NCBI GenBank assembly: GCA_963734715.1
Contig: CAVTIB010000002.1
Coordinates: 299,733 to 363,732 of the forward strand
Length of the DNA stretch: 64,000 nucleotides
Source: an uncultured Solirubrobacterales bacterium
GTDB taxonomy: Bacteria; Actinomycetota; Thermoleophilia; Solirubrobacterales; Solirubrobacteraceae
Reading direction: 5' to 3'
A program made the translations under genes and the position numbers. The notes beneath the pieces were generated by a model. It made no database searches. It saw only the letters and a program-made list of their open reading frames with translations, and was not told where the DNA came from. Below, one piece after another: positions 40,276 to 50,072 of this stretch (positions are counted from its first letter, which is position 1; each line of letters begins with the position of its first letter).

Positions 40276-41549
40276 GCCCTCCATCGGACACGCTCGAGGT
40301 GACGCTGCGCGAGGTCGTCGAGACGCTGGCCCAGCTCGATCGCACGCCCTGCTCTCCGGGTGAGCGCGAGGCGGCCGAGTGGTTGCACGCGCGCCTGAGC
40401 TCCGTCCCGGGAGTCGAGTCGCAATTGGAGGACGAGCCTTCCTGGGGCATCTTCCCGCCCACCTCCGCGGCGCTGGGATTGATGGGAATCGCCGGCGCCG
40501 CACTCGTCCTGGGCGCCCGTAGACGGATCGGGGCGCTGCTCGCGGCGGCGAGCTTCGCGGGGATCGTCGATGAGGCCCAGAACGGCCCCCGCCTGGTGCG
40601 GCGAGCCGTCCGCCGCCGCCGCACGACCGTCAACGTCGTGGCCCGTGCTGGCAAAGGCGCAGCGGCGCTGAACGACAATGGTGGGCCGCCGTCGGACGGG
40701 CGTGAGACGGTGCCCGGCGGACGCGAGATCGACACGCTCGTGGTTCTCGCCCACCATGATGCCCCGCAGACGGGGTTCATCTTTGACCAGACGCTCCAGC
40801 GCCGGCTGCACGAGCTCTCACCGCAGCTGATCGAGCAGATGAAGACCTCCCCACCGCAGTGGTGGATCGGACTGGCGGGACCGCTATGCACGATCGCCGC
40901 GGCTCTTGGCCGCCGACGCGCGCCGGCGTGGGCGGCGATTGCGATCGGCATGCTCGCTGGCGCCGTCGTGATCGATGTCTGGCGCAGCCAGACTGTCCCG
41001 GGCGCCAACGACAACCTGTCCGGCGTCGCTACGCTGGTGGCGTTCGCGGAGCTGCTGCGCGAGCACCCGCTGCCGGGCCTGCGCGTGCTGCTGGTGTCGT
41101 GTGGGGCCGAGGAGACTTTGCAGGACGGCGTCCGTGCGTTCATCGCCAGTCATCGCCATGAGCTCGCGCCGGGGCGAACGTGCTTCGTCAACCTCGACAC
41201 CGTCGGCTCGCCGCACCTCGTCATGCTCGAGGGCGAGGGGCCGGTATGGATGGAGGAGTACGCCGGCGCCTGGCTGCGCGAGTTGATCGCCGAACGTGCC
41301 CGGCAGCTCGACATCCCGCTGGAGCGTGGCTTTCGTGCACGGGCGTCGACCGACAGCGTGATCCCCAGCCGCGCCGGCTACCCGACCGCAACGCTTGTGT
41401 CGCTCACCGACTGGCACAGCCTCGCCAACTACCACCTGCCCAGCGACGTGCCCGCGAACCTCGACTTCGGCACGGTCGCCGACGCGACCCGCCTGGTGTA
41501 CGAGCTGGCGCGGTCACTCACCACCGACGCCGCGGCTCACAGCACCTGA
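40272..41549 (+). CDS. M28 family metallopeptidase with membrane segments
   Basis: AHHD, GANDNLSG, GAEE, NLDTVG, TD, NYHLPSD. Confidence 0.85.
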   Translation: MSPPSDTLEVTLREVVETLAQLDRTPCSPGEREAAEWLHARLSSVPGVESQLEDEPSWGIFPPTSAALGLMGIAGAALVLGARRRIGALLAAASFAGIVDEAQNGPRLVRRAVRRRRTTVNVVARAGKGAAALNDNGGPPSDGRETVPGGREIDTLVVLAHHDAPQTGFIFDQTLQRRLHELSPQLIEQMKTSPPQWWIGLAGPLCTIAAALGRRRAPAWAAIAIGMLAGAVVIDVWRSQTVPGANDNLSGVATLVAFAELLREHPLPGLRVLLVSCGAEETLQDGVRAFIASHRHELAPGRTCFVNLDTVGSPHLVMLEGEGPVWMEEYAGAWLRELIAERARQLDIPLERGFRARASTDSVIPSRAGYPTATLVSLTDWHSLANYHLPSDVPANLDFGTVADATRLVYELARSLTTDAAAHST

Positions 41550-42001
41550 GCCAGCCTTCTGCCCGCCGCCACGAGCGCTCTTCGGCTGCCCGCCTGCACG
41601 ATGACCTGCAGGTCGAGGATGCGCGCGTCGAACAGATCAAGCGCATTGGAGCCGGTCACCGCGTAAGCAGGCACGCCCGCCTGACGGGCTCGGGTGGCGA
41701 TCTCGAACGCCACGCTTCCTCTCAGCGCACGCTCCTCGAGCCGCCGCTCTCCCAGAATGACCGCGTGCGCTCGGCGCATACGCACGTCGAAATTCAGTCC
41801 CTCGAGCAGCGCTCCCACATCCAGCGCTCCCACATCAGATCTTTGTCCCTCCTCGACGGGGATCGGACACAAATCGGGCTCCGGGGCTCCGCCCACGCGC
41901 AAGCCCTGCGCGATGGCCAGCGCGACATGCTCAGCGCTCAACACATCGCCAAACGGCCCAGACACGATCAGCGCGGCTTGCGGGATTCCCACGTCGGGCA
42001 T
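41537..42001 (-). CDS. Short glycerate-kinase-like protein lacking the central region
   Basis: N-term GPFGDVLSA..VA.AIAQGL and C-term AVILGERRLE..LRG..A..A.QAGVPAYAVTG resemble the two ends of GlxK/GarK. Confidence 0.55.
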   Translation of the reverse strand: MPDVGIPQAALIVSGPFGDVLSAEHVALAIAQGLRVGGAPEPDLCPIPVEEGQRSDVGALDVGALLEGLNFDVRMRRAHAVILGERRLEERALRGSVAFEIATRARQAGVPAYAVTGSNALDLFDARILDLQVIVQAGSRRALVAAGRRLAQVL

Positions 42002-42012
42002 CCTTACAGGAG

Positions 42013-42795
42013 ATGTCGGAGGGCGACACTATCCATCACGCGGCTCGGCGTATCCGCGCGGTGCTCGCCGGCCGCACGCCCGATGAGATCCTCACACCAC
42101 ATCCACGTCACGGCCCCGATCGCTGGCCCGAGCGGCTGGCGGGTCACGCCGTTGCCGAGGTGCAAGCGCGCGGCAAGCACCTGCTCATTCACTTCGAGGG
42201 AGACCTCACGCTGCACTCCCACCTGCGCATGACGGGCACCTGGGGGGTATACGAGCGCGGCCGTCCTTGGCATCGCGCCCCACGCAAAGCCTGGCTGGTG
42301 GTACGCGCAGGGGAATGGGAGGTTGTCCAGTTCGACGGCCCGGTGCTCGAGCTGATGAGCGAGCGGCGCATACGCTTTGACCGGCGATTGACCGAGCTTG
42401 GTCCGGATGTGTTCGGAGAGGATTTCGAGGCGGCTCTGTTCCTGCGTCGCCTGCGCGATTATGATCCGAGTCGCCCGATCGGGGATGCCTTGCTTGACCA
42501 GCGCATCCTTGCCGGTATCGGCAACGTCTGGAAGGCCGAGGCGTGCTTTGCCGCTTCGCTGGATCCTTGGCGTCCTGTCGGAGAGGTGAGCGACGAGCAG
42601 GCGTTGGCGGTCGTCAGCTTCATCCGGGAGTACATGGCCCGGGTCCCTCAGGCGCCTGCCGGCAACGGTATCCGGCCCAGCGCGGTGTACAAGCGAGCGG
42701 GTCAGCCCTGTCTGCGCTGCTCCTGCAGGATTCGCGCACGCGGGCAGGGTGAGAACAACCGCATCACCTACTGGTGTCCCGGCTGCCAGCTTTGA
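42013..42795 (+). CDS. nei: Fpg/Nei family DNA glycosylase (Nei-like)
   Basis: EGDT, RGKHL, HLRMTG, LGPD, LLDQR.LAGIGN, CxxC..CPGCQ Zn finger. Confidence 0.87.
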   Translation: MSEGDTIHHAARRIRAVLAGRTPDEILTPHPRHGPDRWPERLAGHAVAEVQARGKHLLIHFEGDLTLHSHLRMTGTWGVYERGRPWHRAPRKAWLVVRAGEWEVVQFDGPVLELMSERRIRFDRRLTELGPDVFGEDFEAALFLRRLRDYDPSRPIGDALLDQRILAGIGNVWKAEACFAASLDPWRPVGEVSDEQALAVVSFIREYMARVPQAPAGNGIRPSAVYKRAGQPCLRCSCRIRARGQGENNRITYWCPGCQL

Positions 42796-42819
42796 GTCGA
42801 TAAGGCATCCTTTGGAGCC

Positions 42820-43899
42820 ATGGCGGCTAACAAGGAGCACGTCGTTCTCGATGTAGACGGGCGCGAGCTGCGCGTGTCCAACGCCGATCGCGTGATCTTC
42901 CCGCCGACTGAGCGCTCCAGCGCCGTCACCAAGCTCGACCTAGTCAACTACTACCTCGCCGTCGCAGACGGCATCATGCGGGCACTGATGCGGCGGCCGA
43001 CGACGCTCGAGCGCTGGCCGAAGGGGGTGCACTCGGGGATCGTGCCCTCGACACGCGAGAAAGGTGGCGGCGACGCGTTCTTTCAGAAGCGCATCCCGCG
43101 TGGGGCGCCCGAGTATGTGCAGACCGCGACGATCGAGTTTCCCTCGGGCCGCACCGCTGACGAGGTCTGCCCGACGGAGATAGCAGTCGTCGGCTGGGCC
43201 GCGCAGATGGGCACGATCACTTTTCACCCGTGGCCGGTCCGCCGCGAGGACCTCAACCATCCCGACGAGCTGCGCATCGACCTGGACCCGCAGCCGGGCA
43301 CCGATTTCGCTGACGCCGTCCGCGTTGCCGCGCAGGCGCGGGTGCTGCTAGAGGAGCTGGGGTATGTCGGGTTCCCCAAGACATCCGGCGGCCGGGGGGT
43401 CCACATCTACGTCCGCATAGAGCCACGCTGGACATTCACCGACATGCGCCACGCAGCGATCGCTTTTGGTCGTGAGCTCGAGCGACGCCTGCCGGGTCAG
43501 GTGACGACCAACTGGTGGAAGGAGGAGCGCGGCGAGCGGATCTTCGTCGACTACAACCAGAACGCACGCGACCGCACGATCGCTTCCGCTTACAGCGTGC
43601 GCCCCAAGCCGGGGGCGCCCGTATCCGCACCCTTGGCCTGGGAGGAGCTCGAGCAGGCCCAGCCCGAGGACTTCACGGTGACGACGATGCCCGCCAGGTT
43701 CGCCGAGACGGGCGACCGCCACGCTGCCATCGACGACATCGCCCACTCGCTCGAGCCATTGCTCGAGATGTATGAGCGCGACCTCGCCGAGGGCCGGGGA
43801 GACATGCCCTACCCGCCCGACTATCCGAAGATGCCCGGAGAGCCCATGCGCGTCCAGCCAAGCCGCGCGAAGCGCGATGAGAGCGAGGAGGACGAGTGA
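42820..43899 (+). CDS. Stand-alone LigD-type primase-polymerase (Prim-PolC-like)
   Basis: TKLDL..YY, FFQKR, IDLDP, KTSGGRGVH, DYNQN, AYSVR, VSAP. Confidence 0.9.
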   Translation: MAANKEHVVLDVDGRELRVSNADRVIFPPTERSSAVTKLDLVNYYLAVADGIMRALMRRPTTLERWPKGVHSGIVPSTREKGGGDAFFQKRIPRGAPEYVQTATIEFPSGRTADEVCPTEIAVVGWAAQMGTITFHPWPVRREDLNHPDELRIDLDPQPGTDFADAVRVAAQARVLLEELGYVGFPKTSGGRGVHIYVRIEPRWTFTDMRHAAIAFGRELERRLPGQVTTNWWKEERGERIFVDYNQNARDRTIASAYSVRPKPGAPVSAPLAWEELEQAQPEDFTVTTMPARFAETGDRHAAIDDIAHSLEPLLEMYERDLAEGRGDMPYPPDYPKMPGEPMRVQPSRAKRDESEEDE

Positions 43900-44855
43900 C
43901 CCTTCCGTTGGAGCCGCCGGTGAAGCCCCAGTTGGCCCTCTCGCGCAAGGCCCTACCTGTCGGCGAGGATCTTTCCTACGAGATCAAGCTCGACGGGTTC
44001 CGCTGCCTGGCGTTTGTCGACGGTGAAGAGGTATTCCTGCAGTCGCGCTCGGCTAAGCCGCTCGGTCGCTACTTCCCCGAGCTGGTGCTCCCGCCAGGGC
44101 GCTACGTGCTCGACGGCGAGATCGTCGTTCGCGGACAGGACGGTCATGAGGACTTCGACGCTCTCGGCCAGCGCATCCACCCGGCCGTCTCCCGCATCGA
44201 GCGCCTGTCCGTCGAGACCCCCGCCGTCTACGTGGTCTTCGACCTGCTTGCCCAAGAGGACGAGTCGCTGCTGGAGCGGCCTCTCTCCGAGCGCCGCGCG
44301 GCGCTGCAGGAGCTGCTGATGGACGAGACGTTCGCTGGCGCGCCGGTCGAGCTGATGGAGACGGTCGCGACCGAGCAGGAGGCCCAGCGTTGGCTCGAGC
44401 ACGCCGAGGGCGCGATCGCCAAGGAGCTCTCTGCGCCCTACCGTCCCGGCGAGCGCAAGGGCACGTTCAAGGTCAAGCGCGTGCGGACGATCGATGTCGT
44501 GCTCGTCGGTTGGCGTCCCGGCAAGGAGCCCGACACTGTCGGCGCGCTGATCCTCGGCCTATACGACGGTCCAGGGCTGCGCGTCGTCGGACACTGCTCC
44601 GGTTTGTCCGCTTCCGAGAAGCGGCGTTTGGTTGGCTTCTTCGCCCCGTATGAGTCGGGAGAGCGCGGCTCGGCAGACCCCAGCCGCTGGAGCTCGAGCA
44701 AGGACCTCGAGTGGGTTGGTCTGCGCCCCGAGCTGGTTATCGAGATCGACTTCGACCATGTCTCCGCCGGGCGCATCCGTCACGGCGCCAAGCTACGTCG
44801 CTGGCGCGATGACAAGCCGCCCACGGAGTGCACGTTTGACCAACTCGCCGGCTGA
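43896..44855 (+). CDS. ligC: ATP-dependent DNA ligase LigC
   Basis: EIKLDGFR, LDGEI, VFDLL, EGAIAK, YRPGER, KVK, RWRDDK. Confidence 0.88.
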   Translation: MTLPLEPPVKPQLALSRKALPVGEDLSYEIKLDGFRCLAFVDGEEVFLQSRSAKPLGRYFPELVLPPGRYVLDGEIVVRGQDGHEDFDALGQRIHPAVSRIERLSVETPAVYVVFDLLAQEDESLLERPLSERRAALQELLMDETFAGAPVELMETVATEQEAQRWLEHAEGAIAKELSAPYRPGERKGTFKVKRVRTIDVVLVGWRPGKEPDTVGALILGLYDGPGLRVVGHCSGLSASEKRRLVGFFAPYESGERGSADPSRWSSSKDLEWVGLRPELVIEIDFDHVSAGRIRHGAKLRRWRDDKPPTECTFDQLAG

Positions 44856-44914
44856 GTGTCGTCTAGCATCACGGGCGTGAGCGACGAGGGCACCACCATG
44901 GCAACATCACCAGC

Positions 44915-45637
44915 GTGAACGACGAGGGCAACACCACGGCGACAGTCGCCGAGGAGGAGTATCTGCAAATCCTCTTCTGGTTGCAGGAGGCCGGCCTGCC
45001 GATGACCGGCGCGAACGTCGCGCGCGCGATGCAACTCTCGCCGCCCACGGTGCACGAGATGATCGTCCGCTTGGAGCGCGACGGCTACATCACCCGCGGC
45101 GCCGATCGTGCGATCGTCTTCACCGATTCAGGCGCTGAGCACGCCGAGGGCATCGTCCGCCGCCATCGTTTGATCGAGCGCTTTCTCACCGACGTTCTCG
45201 GCGTGCCCTGGGACGAGGTCCACGAGGAGGCCGAGCGCCTGGAGCATGCGATGTCCCCGGTGCTCGAGGAGCGCATGCTCGCGGCGATCGGCGACGCCAA
45301 GACCTGCCCCCACGGCCACCCGATCGTCGCCGGCGCGCGCCTCTCGGGCGTACCGCTGGCCGACGTCGCCGTCGGCGCCAGTGTGCGTGTCCTGCGTTTC
45401 GAGAACGAGGCCGAGGATCTGCTGCACTACCTCAAGGCCTCTGGCCTGGAGCCCGGCCTGGAGGGCATGCTGGCTGTTCACAACGACGAGCAGGTGGTGC
45501 TCGAGAGCGCCGATGGTCACACCTGCACGATCACCCCGAGCGTCGCCGAGACCGTCTCGGTGATCGCCGACCCCTCGCCGCCCGCCCGCACGGCGCTGCC
45601 AGAGCAGTTGGTCTTAGGCCAGCGCTACGGCCGCTGA
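44915..45637 (+). CDS. DtxR/MntR metal-dependent regulator with FeoA-like domain
   Basis: EEYL, SPPTV, RRHRLIERFL, EAERLEH, CPHGHP. Confidence 0.9.
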   Translation: MNDEGNTTATVAEEEYLQILFWLQEAGLPMTGANVARAMQLSPPTVHEMIVRLERDGYITRGADRAIVFTDSGAEHAEGIVRRHRLIERFLTDVLGVPWDEVHEEAERLEHAMSPVLEERMLAAIGDAKTCPHGHPIVAGARLSGVPLADVAVGASVRVLRFENEAEDLLHYLKASGLEPGLEGMLAVHNDEQVVLESADGHTCTITPSVAETVSVIADPSPPARTALPEQLVLGQRYGR

Positions 45638-45673
45638 CTCGCGAGTGTGCCGTAAGAGCGAGCAGTGCCGCCG

Positions 45674-47245
45674 TCAGAGTGAGCGGTACGCCTGTGCCAG
45701 GCGTGCAACGCCTTCGTCGATCTGCTCAGGAGTGACCCCCGAGTAGGCCAGCCGTAGCGTGTTCTCGCCGCCCTCCAGCAGGAAGTCGGTTCCCTTCACG
45801 AACGACACCCCATGCTCGCCGGCGGCCTTGTGCAGAGCATGCACATCGGTGCCCACGGGCAGCGTCACCCACATGAAGTAGCCGCCTTCGGGCGCCACGA
45901 ACTCGGCCTCCGGCAGCTCGCGCGCCAGCGCCAGATCCAGCGTCAGTGCGCGCTTTGCCAGCGCGGTCCTGACCGTCTCGATCGAGCTGTCGATCGCGCC
46001 CGAGGCGCAGAACTCGTAGACGATCGATTGCGCGACCATGCTCGGCGAGATGTAGGTGTTCGTCGCCAGTTTCGCGATCGCCGCGATCAGATCTGCCGGG
46101 CCGACCAGATAGCCGACGCGGATGCCAGGGCACACGGTCTTCGAAAAGGACGAGGCGTACACCACGTGCTTGGGGTCCATCGACAGCATGCTCGGCAGCG
46201 TCTCGCCACTGAAGCGCAGATCTACGTATGGGTCGTCCTCGAACACCCAGAAGTTGTGCTCGGCGGCGAGCGCGAGCAGTGCCTCACGCTTGGCCGGCGA
46301 GAGCGTATAGCCGGCGGGGTTCTGGAAATTGGGGATGATGTGCGCGAGCTGTGGCTGTACTGGGGTATCCCCATTCAACAGTCTGGCCAGCGCATCCGTG
46401 TCGATCCCGTCGTGCTCGAGCTCGACCGCGTGCACGTGTGCGCCGCGCTCGCGCAGCGAAAGCAGTGTGCGGTCATACGTCGGGCGCTCCACGATCACGT
46501 GGTCGCCGGGTCCCACAAGCTGCTCAAACAGGAACGCATCCGCTTGCATCGAGCCGTTGGTCACGAGCACGCGCTCGGGCTCGACGCCGTGCCGGTCGGC
46601 GATCCACGCGCGCAAACGGGGATAGCCGACCGAGGTGCCATATGCGGTTGTGCCTCCCGGGTCGCTCTCGAACGCGCGGATTGCCGCGTCGCGCAGGCCC
46701 TCCACGTCGACGATGTCGAGCGAAGGCGCGCCACGCGCAAATGAGATCGTGGGGCCTATGTGTTTGTCGGGCACGGCGGCGAAGTTTAGGCGTCCAAGCA
46801 GCTCGCCATATTCGTGGGTCAACTCACGGGCGGTGTGCTCCAACCGATCGCGGAAGCGCAGCAGCTGCTCTGCGCTGGGCGAGTCAGCCTCGGGAGGCTG
46901 CTGAGGCGGCTGACGTGGCGGGGGCACCACGGGGTGTGGCGGTTGCGGGGAGCGCGGTGGTTGTGCCATCTGGCCGGGTTGCCACGATGTTCCCGCGACC
47001 GTCGGCCGTTCCCGCCCGGTCGGTGCCAAGGGCGTTGTAGGCGTGCTGGCCGCGGGCTGCTCAGCCTGCTCGACCACCTCATCGACCAGTCGTCCGGCGG
47101 TTGAGGGCTCCGCGACCGGGGCGCTCACACCGCCCAGGCTCACACCGCCCGGGCTTTCGCTGCGATCGGCTGAGGCCAGGATGCGCTCCAGCTCCGCCAC
47201 CTTGCGCTCCAGCTCACTCAGCGTCTTGGAGACCTCTTGATCCAC
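45674..47245 (-). CDS. PLP-dependent class I/II aminotransferase (LysN-like) with in-frame N-terminal coiled-coil region; core likely starts at 46774
   Basis: ISFARGAP, TNGSMQA, PNFQNP, EDDPY, SSFSKTVCPGIRVG, LRLAY. Confidence 0.85.
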   Translation of the reverse strand: MDQEVSKTLSELERKVAELERILASADRSESPGGVSLGGVSAPVAEPSTAGRLVDEVVEQAEQPAASTPTTPLAPTGRERPTVAGTSWQPGQMAQPPRSPQPPHPVVPPPRQPPQQPPEADSPSAEQLLRFRDRLEHTARELTHEYGELLGRLNFAAVPDKHIGPTISFARGAPSLDIVDVEGLRDAAIRAFESDPGGTTAYGTSVGYPRLRAWIADRHGVEPERVLVTNGSMQADAFLFEQLVGPGDHVIVERPTYDRTLLSLRERGAHVHAVELEHDGIDTDALARLLNGDTPVQPQLAHIIPNFQNPAGYTLSPAKREALLALAAEHNFWVFEDDPYVDLRFSGETLPSMLSMDPKHVVYASSFSKTVCPGIRVGYLVGPADLIAAIAKLATNTYISPSMVAQSIVYEFCASGAIDSSIETVRTALAKRALTLDLALARELPEAEFVAPEGGYFMWVTLPVGTDVHALHKAAGEHGVSFVKGTDFLLEGGENTLRLAYSGVTPEQIDEGVARLAQAYRSL

Positions 47246-47249
47246 GGAC

Positions 47250-48126
47250 CTAGCGTAGCTGCGTTACCGCTATCTCCGCCACCTCGGTCGGAGTGCGACC
47301 GACGCGCACGCCCTTCGCTTCCAGCGCTGCCGCCTTCGCGGCGGCCGTGCCGGCGGAGCCCGAGACGATCGCACCGGCGTGACCCATCTGCTTGCCGGCT
47401 GGGGCGGTGAAGCCGGCGATGTAGGCCACCACGGGCTTCTTCACGTGTGCGGCGATGTACTCGGCGGCCTCCTCCTCGGCCGAGCCGCCGATCTCGCCGG
47501 AGAGCACGATCAGCTCGGTCTGCTCATCCGCCTCGAAGCACTCGATCACGTCCACAAACGACGATCCCGGCACGGGATCCCCACCGATCCCGACGATCGA
47601 GCTGCAGCCAAAACCAGCCTGGGCGATCTCGTTGCCGATCTGGTAGGTCAGCGTGCCTGAGCGCGACACCACACCGACATTGCCCTCCTTGAAGAACGAG
47701 GCGGGGATGATGCCGACGTTGGCCTTGCCAGGGGAGAGGATGCCCGGGCAGTTGGGACCGATCAGGCGGGTGCCCGGATAGTCGCGCTTGAGCGTGTTGT
47801 AGACACGCAGCTCGTCGTGCGCCGGGATGCCCTCGGTGATCGCGATCACGAAGCTCGACCCCGGCCGCGGCGGCCTCGAGGATCGAATCGGCCGCGAACC
47901 GCGGGGGCACGAAGATCATCGCCGTGTTGGGCTGGACGCTCTCGGCTGCCTCTGTCCACGAGTTGAAGACCGGGATGCCCTCCACGTCCTGGCCGCCCTT
48001 GCCCGGCGTCACCCCACCAACCACGTTCGTGCCGTAGCGCTGGTTGTTCAGCGTATGGAAGGAGCCCTCGCGACCGGTGATCCCGGCGACGGCCAGACGC
48101 GTGTCCTTGCCGACGAGCACCGACAT
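47250..48126 (-). CDS. sucD: Succinyl-CoA ligase alpha subunit (apparent frameshift at ~47850)
   Basis: [16 protein letters not shown]; the next frame has [26 protein letters not shown]. Confidence 0.93.
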
Positions 48127-49289
48127 CAGCTCTGTCCTCCCGCGCTCTTACCGGCTGCCAGGGCGACGACCTTCTCGGCTGCCTCGTTCATCGTCCTGGC
48201 GGCGTGCACGTTTCCCAGCGCGGCCTCCTGCAGCAGCTCGCGGCCGGCCACATCGTTCGTGCCGTCCAAGCGCACGACGAACGGGACCGTCGGTTTGATG
48301 TCCGCAAACGCGGCGATCAGACCCTTCGCTACCTCGTCGCAACGCGTGATGCCCCCGAAGATGTTGAACAGCACAGCCTTGACCGCGTCGTTGGCGAGGA
48401 TCAGCTCGACCGCCTGCTTGATCTTCGCGGCGTCTGAGCCACCGCCGGCGTCGAGGAAGTTCGCCGGCTTGCCGCCCGCCTGCGCGACGACGTCGAGCGT
48501 CGACATCACCAGGCCGGCGCCGTTGCCGAGGATCCCGATGTCGCCCTCGAGCTTCACGTACTGCACGCCCTGTTCCTTCGCGCGGCGCTCGATCGGGTCT
48601 TCGTTCTCCTTGTCGGCCAGCTCCTGGTTCTCGGGGTGGCGGTAGAGCGCGTTGTCGTCGAGCGAGACCTTCGAGTCCAGCGCCTTGACCTCGCGCTCGG
48701 GCGTCACGATCAGCGGATTGATCTCCGCCAGCGACGCGTCCTCCTGGAGCCACACCTCATACAGCGCCACCAGCGCGTCGGCGACGCCCTCGATCACATC
48801 GGCGTCGGCCTTGCCGTCGGTGGCGATCTGCACCGCCTCCGCCCGGGAGAGTCCCTGCAGTGAGTCGACGTGATGACGGATCAGCTTCTCCGGGGTCTTC
48901 TCTGCCACCTCTTCGATGTCCACGCCGCCCTCGACGCTGAACATGATCAATGGCGCCTTGGCCGAGCGATCGAGCAGCACCGAGGCGTAGTACTCGGTGG
49001 CGATGTCGCTCGCGTGCTCGATCCACAGGGTGCGCACCGTGTGCCCATGAATGTCCATCCCCAAGATGTTCGTAGCGTGCTCGAGCGCCTCGGCCTCATC
49101 GGCTGCGAGCTTCACGCCTCCCGCCTTGCCGCGGCCGCCGATCAGCACCTGGGCCTTGACGACCACCGGATAGCCGATCTCGTTCGCCGCCGCGACGGCG
49201 TCCTCGACGGTGGTGACGGCTTTGCCGGCGGACACCCTCAGGCCGTGGCGGGCGAACAGCTGCTTGCCTTGATACTCCAACAGGTCCAT
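48126..49289 (-). CDS. sucC: Succinyl-CoA ligase beta subunit
   Basis: [39 protein letters not shown]. Confidence 0.95.
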   Translation of the reverse strand: MDLLEYQGKQLFARHGLRVSAGKAVTTVEDAVAAANEIGYPVVVKAQVLIGGRGKAGGVKLAADEAEALEHATNILGMDIHGHTVRTLWIEHASDIATEYYASVLLDRSAKAPLIMFSVEGGVDIEEVAEKTPEKLIRHHVDSLQGLSRAEAVQIATDGKADADVIEGVADALVALYEVWLQEDASLAEINPLIVTPEREVKALDSKVSLDDNALYRHPENQELADKENEDPIERRAKEQGVQYVKLEGDIGILGNGAGLVMSTLDVVAQAGGKPANFLDAGGGSDAAKIKQAVELILANDAVKAVLFNIFGGITRCDEVAKGLIAAFADIKPTVPFVVRLDGTNDVAGRELLQEAALGNVHAARTMNEAAEKVVALAAGKSAGGQS

Positions 49290-49373
49290 AGCGGCGCGGG
49301 ACTCTAACGAAATTTGGTCCCACCCACCCCCGCACTGCGCGCAGAGCCGTGCGCAGGGCATAATGCCGACCCG

Positions 49374-50054
49374 ATGCCCATTCCCAAAAACGTCACCTTC
49401 GTCACATTCGATGTCTACGGCACGCTGATCGACTGGGAGACAGGGATCTACGAAGCCTTCGCCAAAGAGGCCGAGCGCGATGGCTTCGAGATCGACCGCG
49501 CCGTGCTGATCCCGCTGTTTCACGAGATCTCGCGCGAAATCGAGGGCGGCTCCTACGAGCTCTACGCGGAGGTGCTCCGCCGTACGGCGATCGAGGTGGC
49601 CAAACGCATGGAGTGGGCCCTGGAGCCTTCTCGCTCGGGTTTCCTGCCCGACTCGGTGCAGCGCTGGAAGCCCTTCAAGGAAACCAACATCCAGCTGGGC
49701 AAGCTTGCCAAGAAGCACAAGCTCGGCCTGCTCTCCAACATTGATGACAAGCTGCTCGGACAGACTCGCCGCCATATCCCGACCGACTTCGACCTCGTCG
49801 TGACCGCTCAGCAGGTGCGCTCCTACAAGCCCGACCTTGCCCATTTCACCGAGTGCGCCAGGCGCATGGGTGGCAAGCGTGGCTGGGTGCACGTCGCGGC
49901 AAGCCACTATCACGACGTTGCGCCATGCGTCAAACAGCGGGTGCCCGTGATCTGGGTCAACCGCAACAAGGAGACGCTCGACTCCTCGCAGAAAAAGCCG
50001 ACGGCCGAAGTGCCTAACCTCAAAGAGGCCGCCAAGCTACTCGGCATCACCTGA
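49374..50054 (+). CDS. HAD hydrolase, haloacid dehalogenase type II-like
   Basis: FDVYGTLIDW, LSN, SYKP, HVA.S.YHD. Confidence 0.85.
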   Translation: MPIPKNVTFVTFDVYGTLIDWETGIYEAFAKEAERDGFEIDRAVLIPLFHEISREIEGGSYELYAEVLRRTAIEVAKRMEWALEPSRSGFLPDSVQRWKPFKETNIQLGKLAKKHKLGLLSNIDDKLLGQTRRHIPTDFDLVVTAQQVRSYKPDLAHFTECARRMGGKRGWVHVAASHYHDVAPCVKQRVPVIWVNRNKETLDSSQKKPTAEVPNLKEAAKLLGIT

Positions 50055-50072
50055 GGTCGTAGGGCCGCTGCG

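Noticed and set aside
22270-47850. Programmed ribosomal frameshifting in ileS and sucD
   Set aside because: No common slippery site or stimulator; the same pattern affects many unrelated genes
48126-49913. Extended N-termini of sucC, polX, ileS, cysN and the mutase in the ORF track
   Set aside because: They overlap neighbouring genes; conserved starts and -10 elements support the shorter calls
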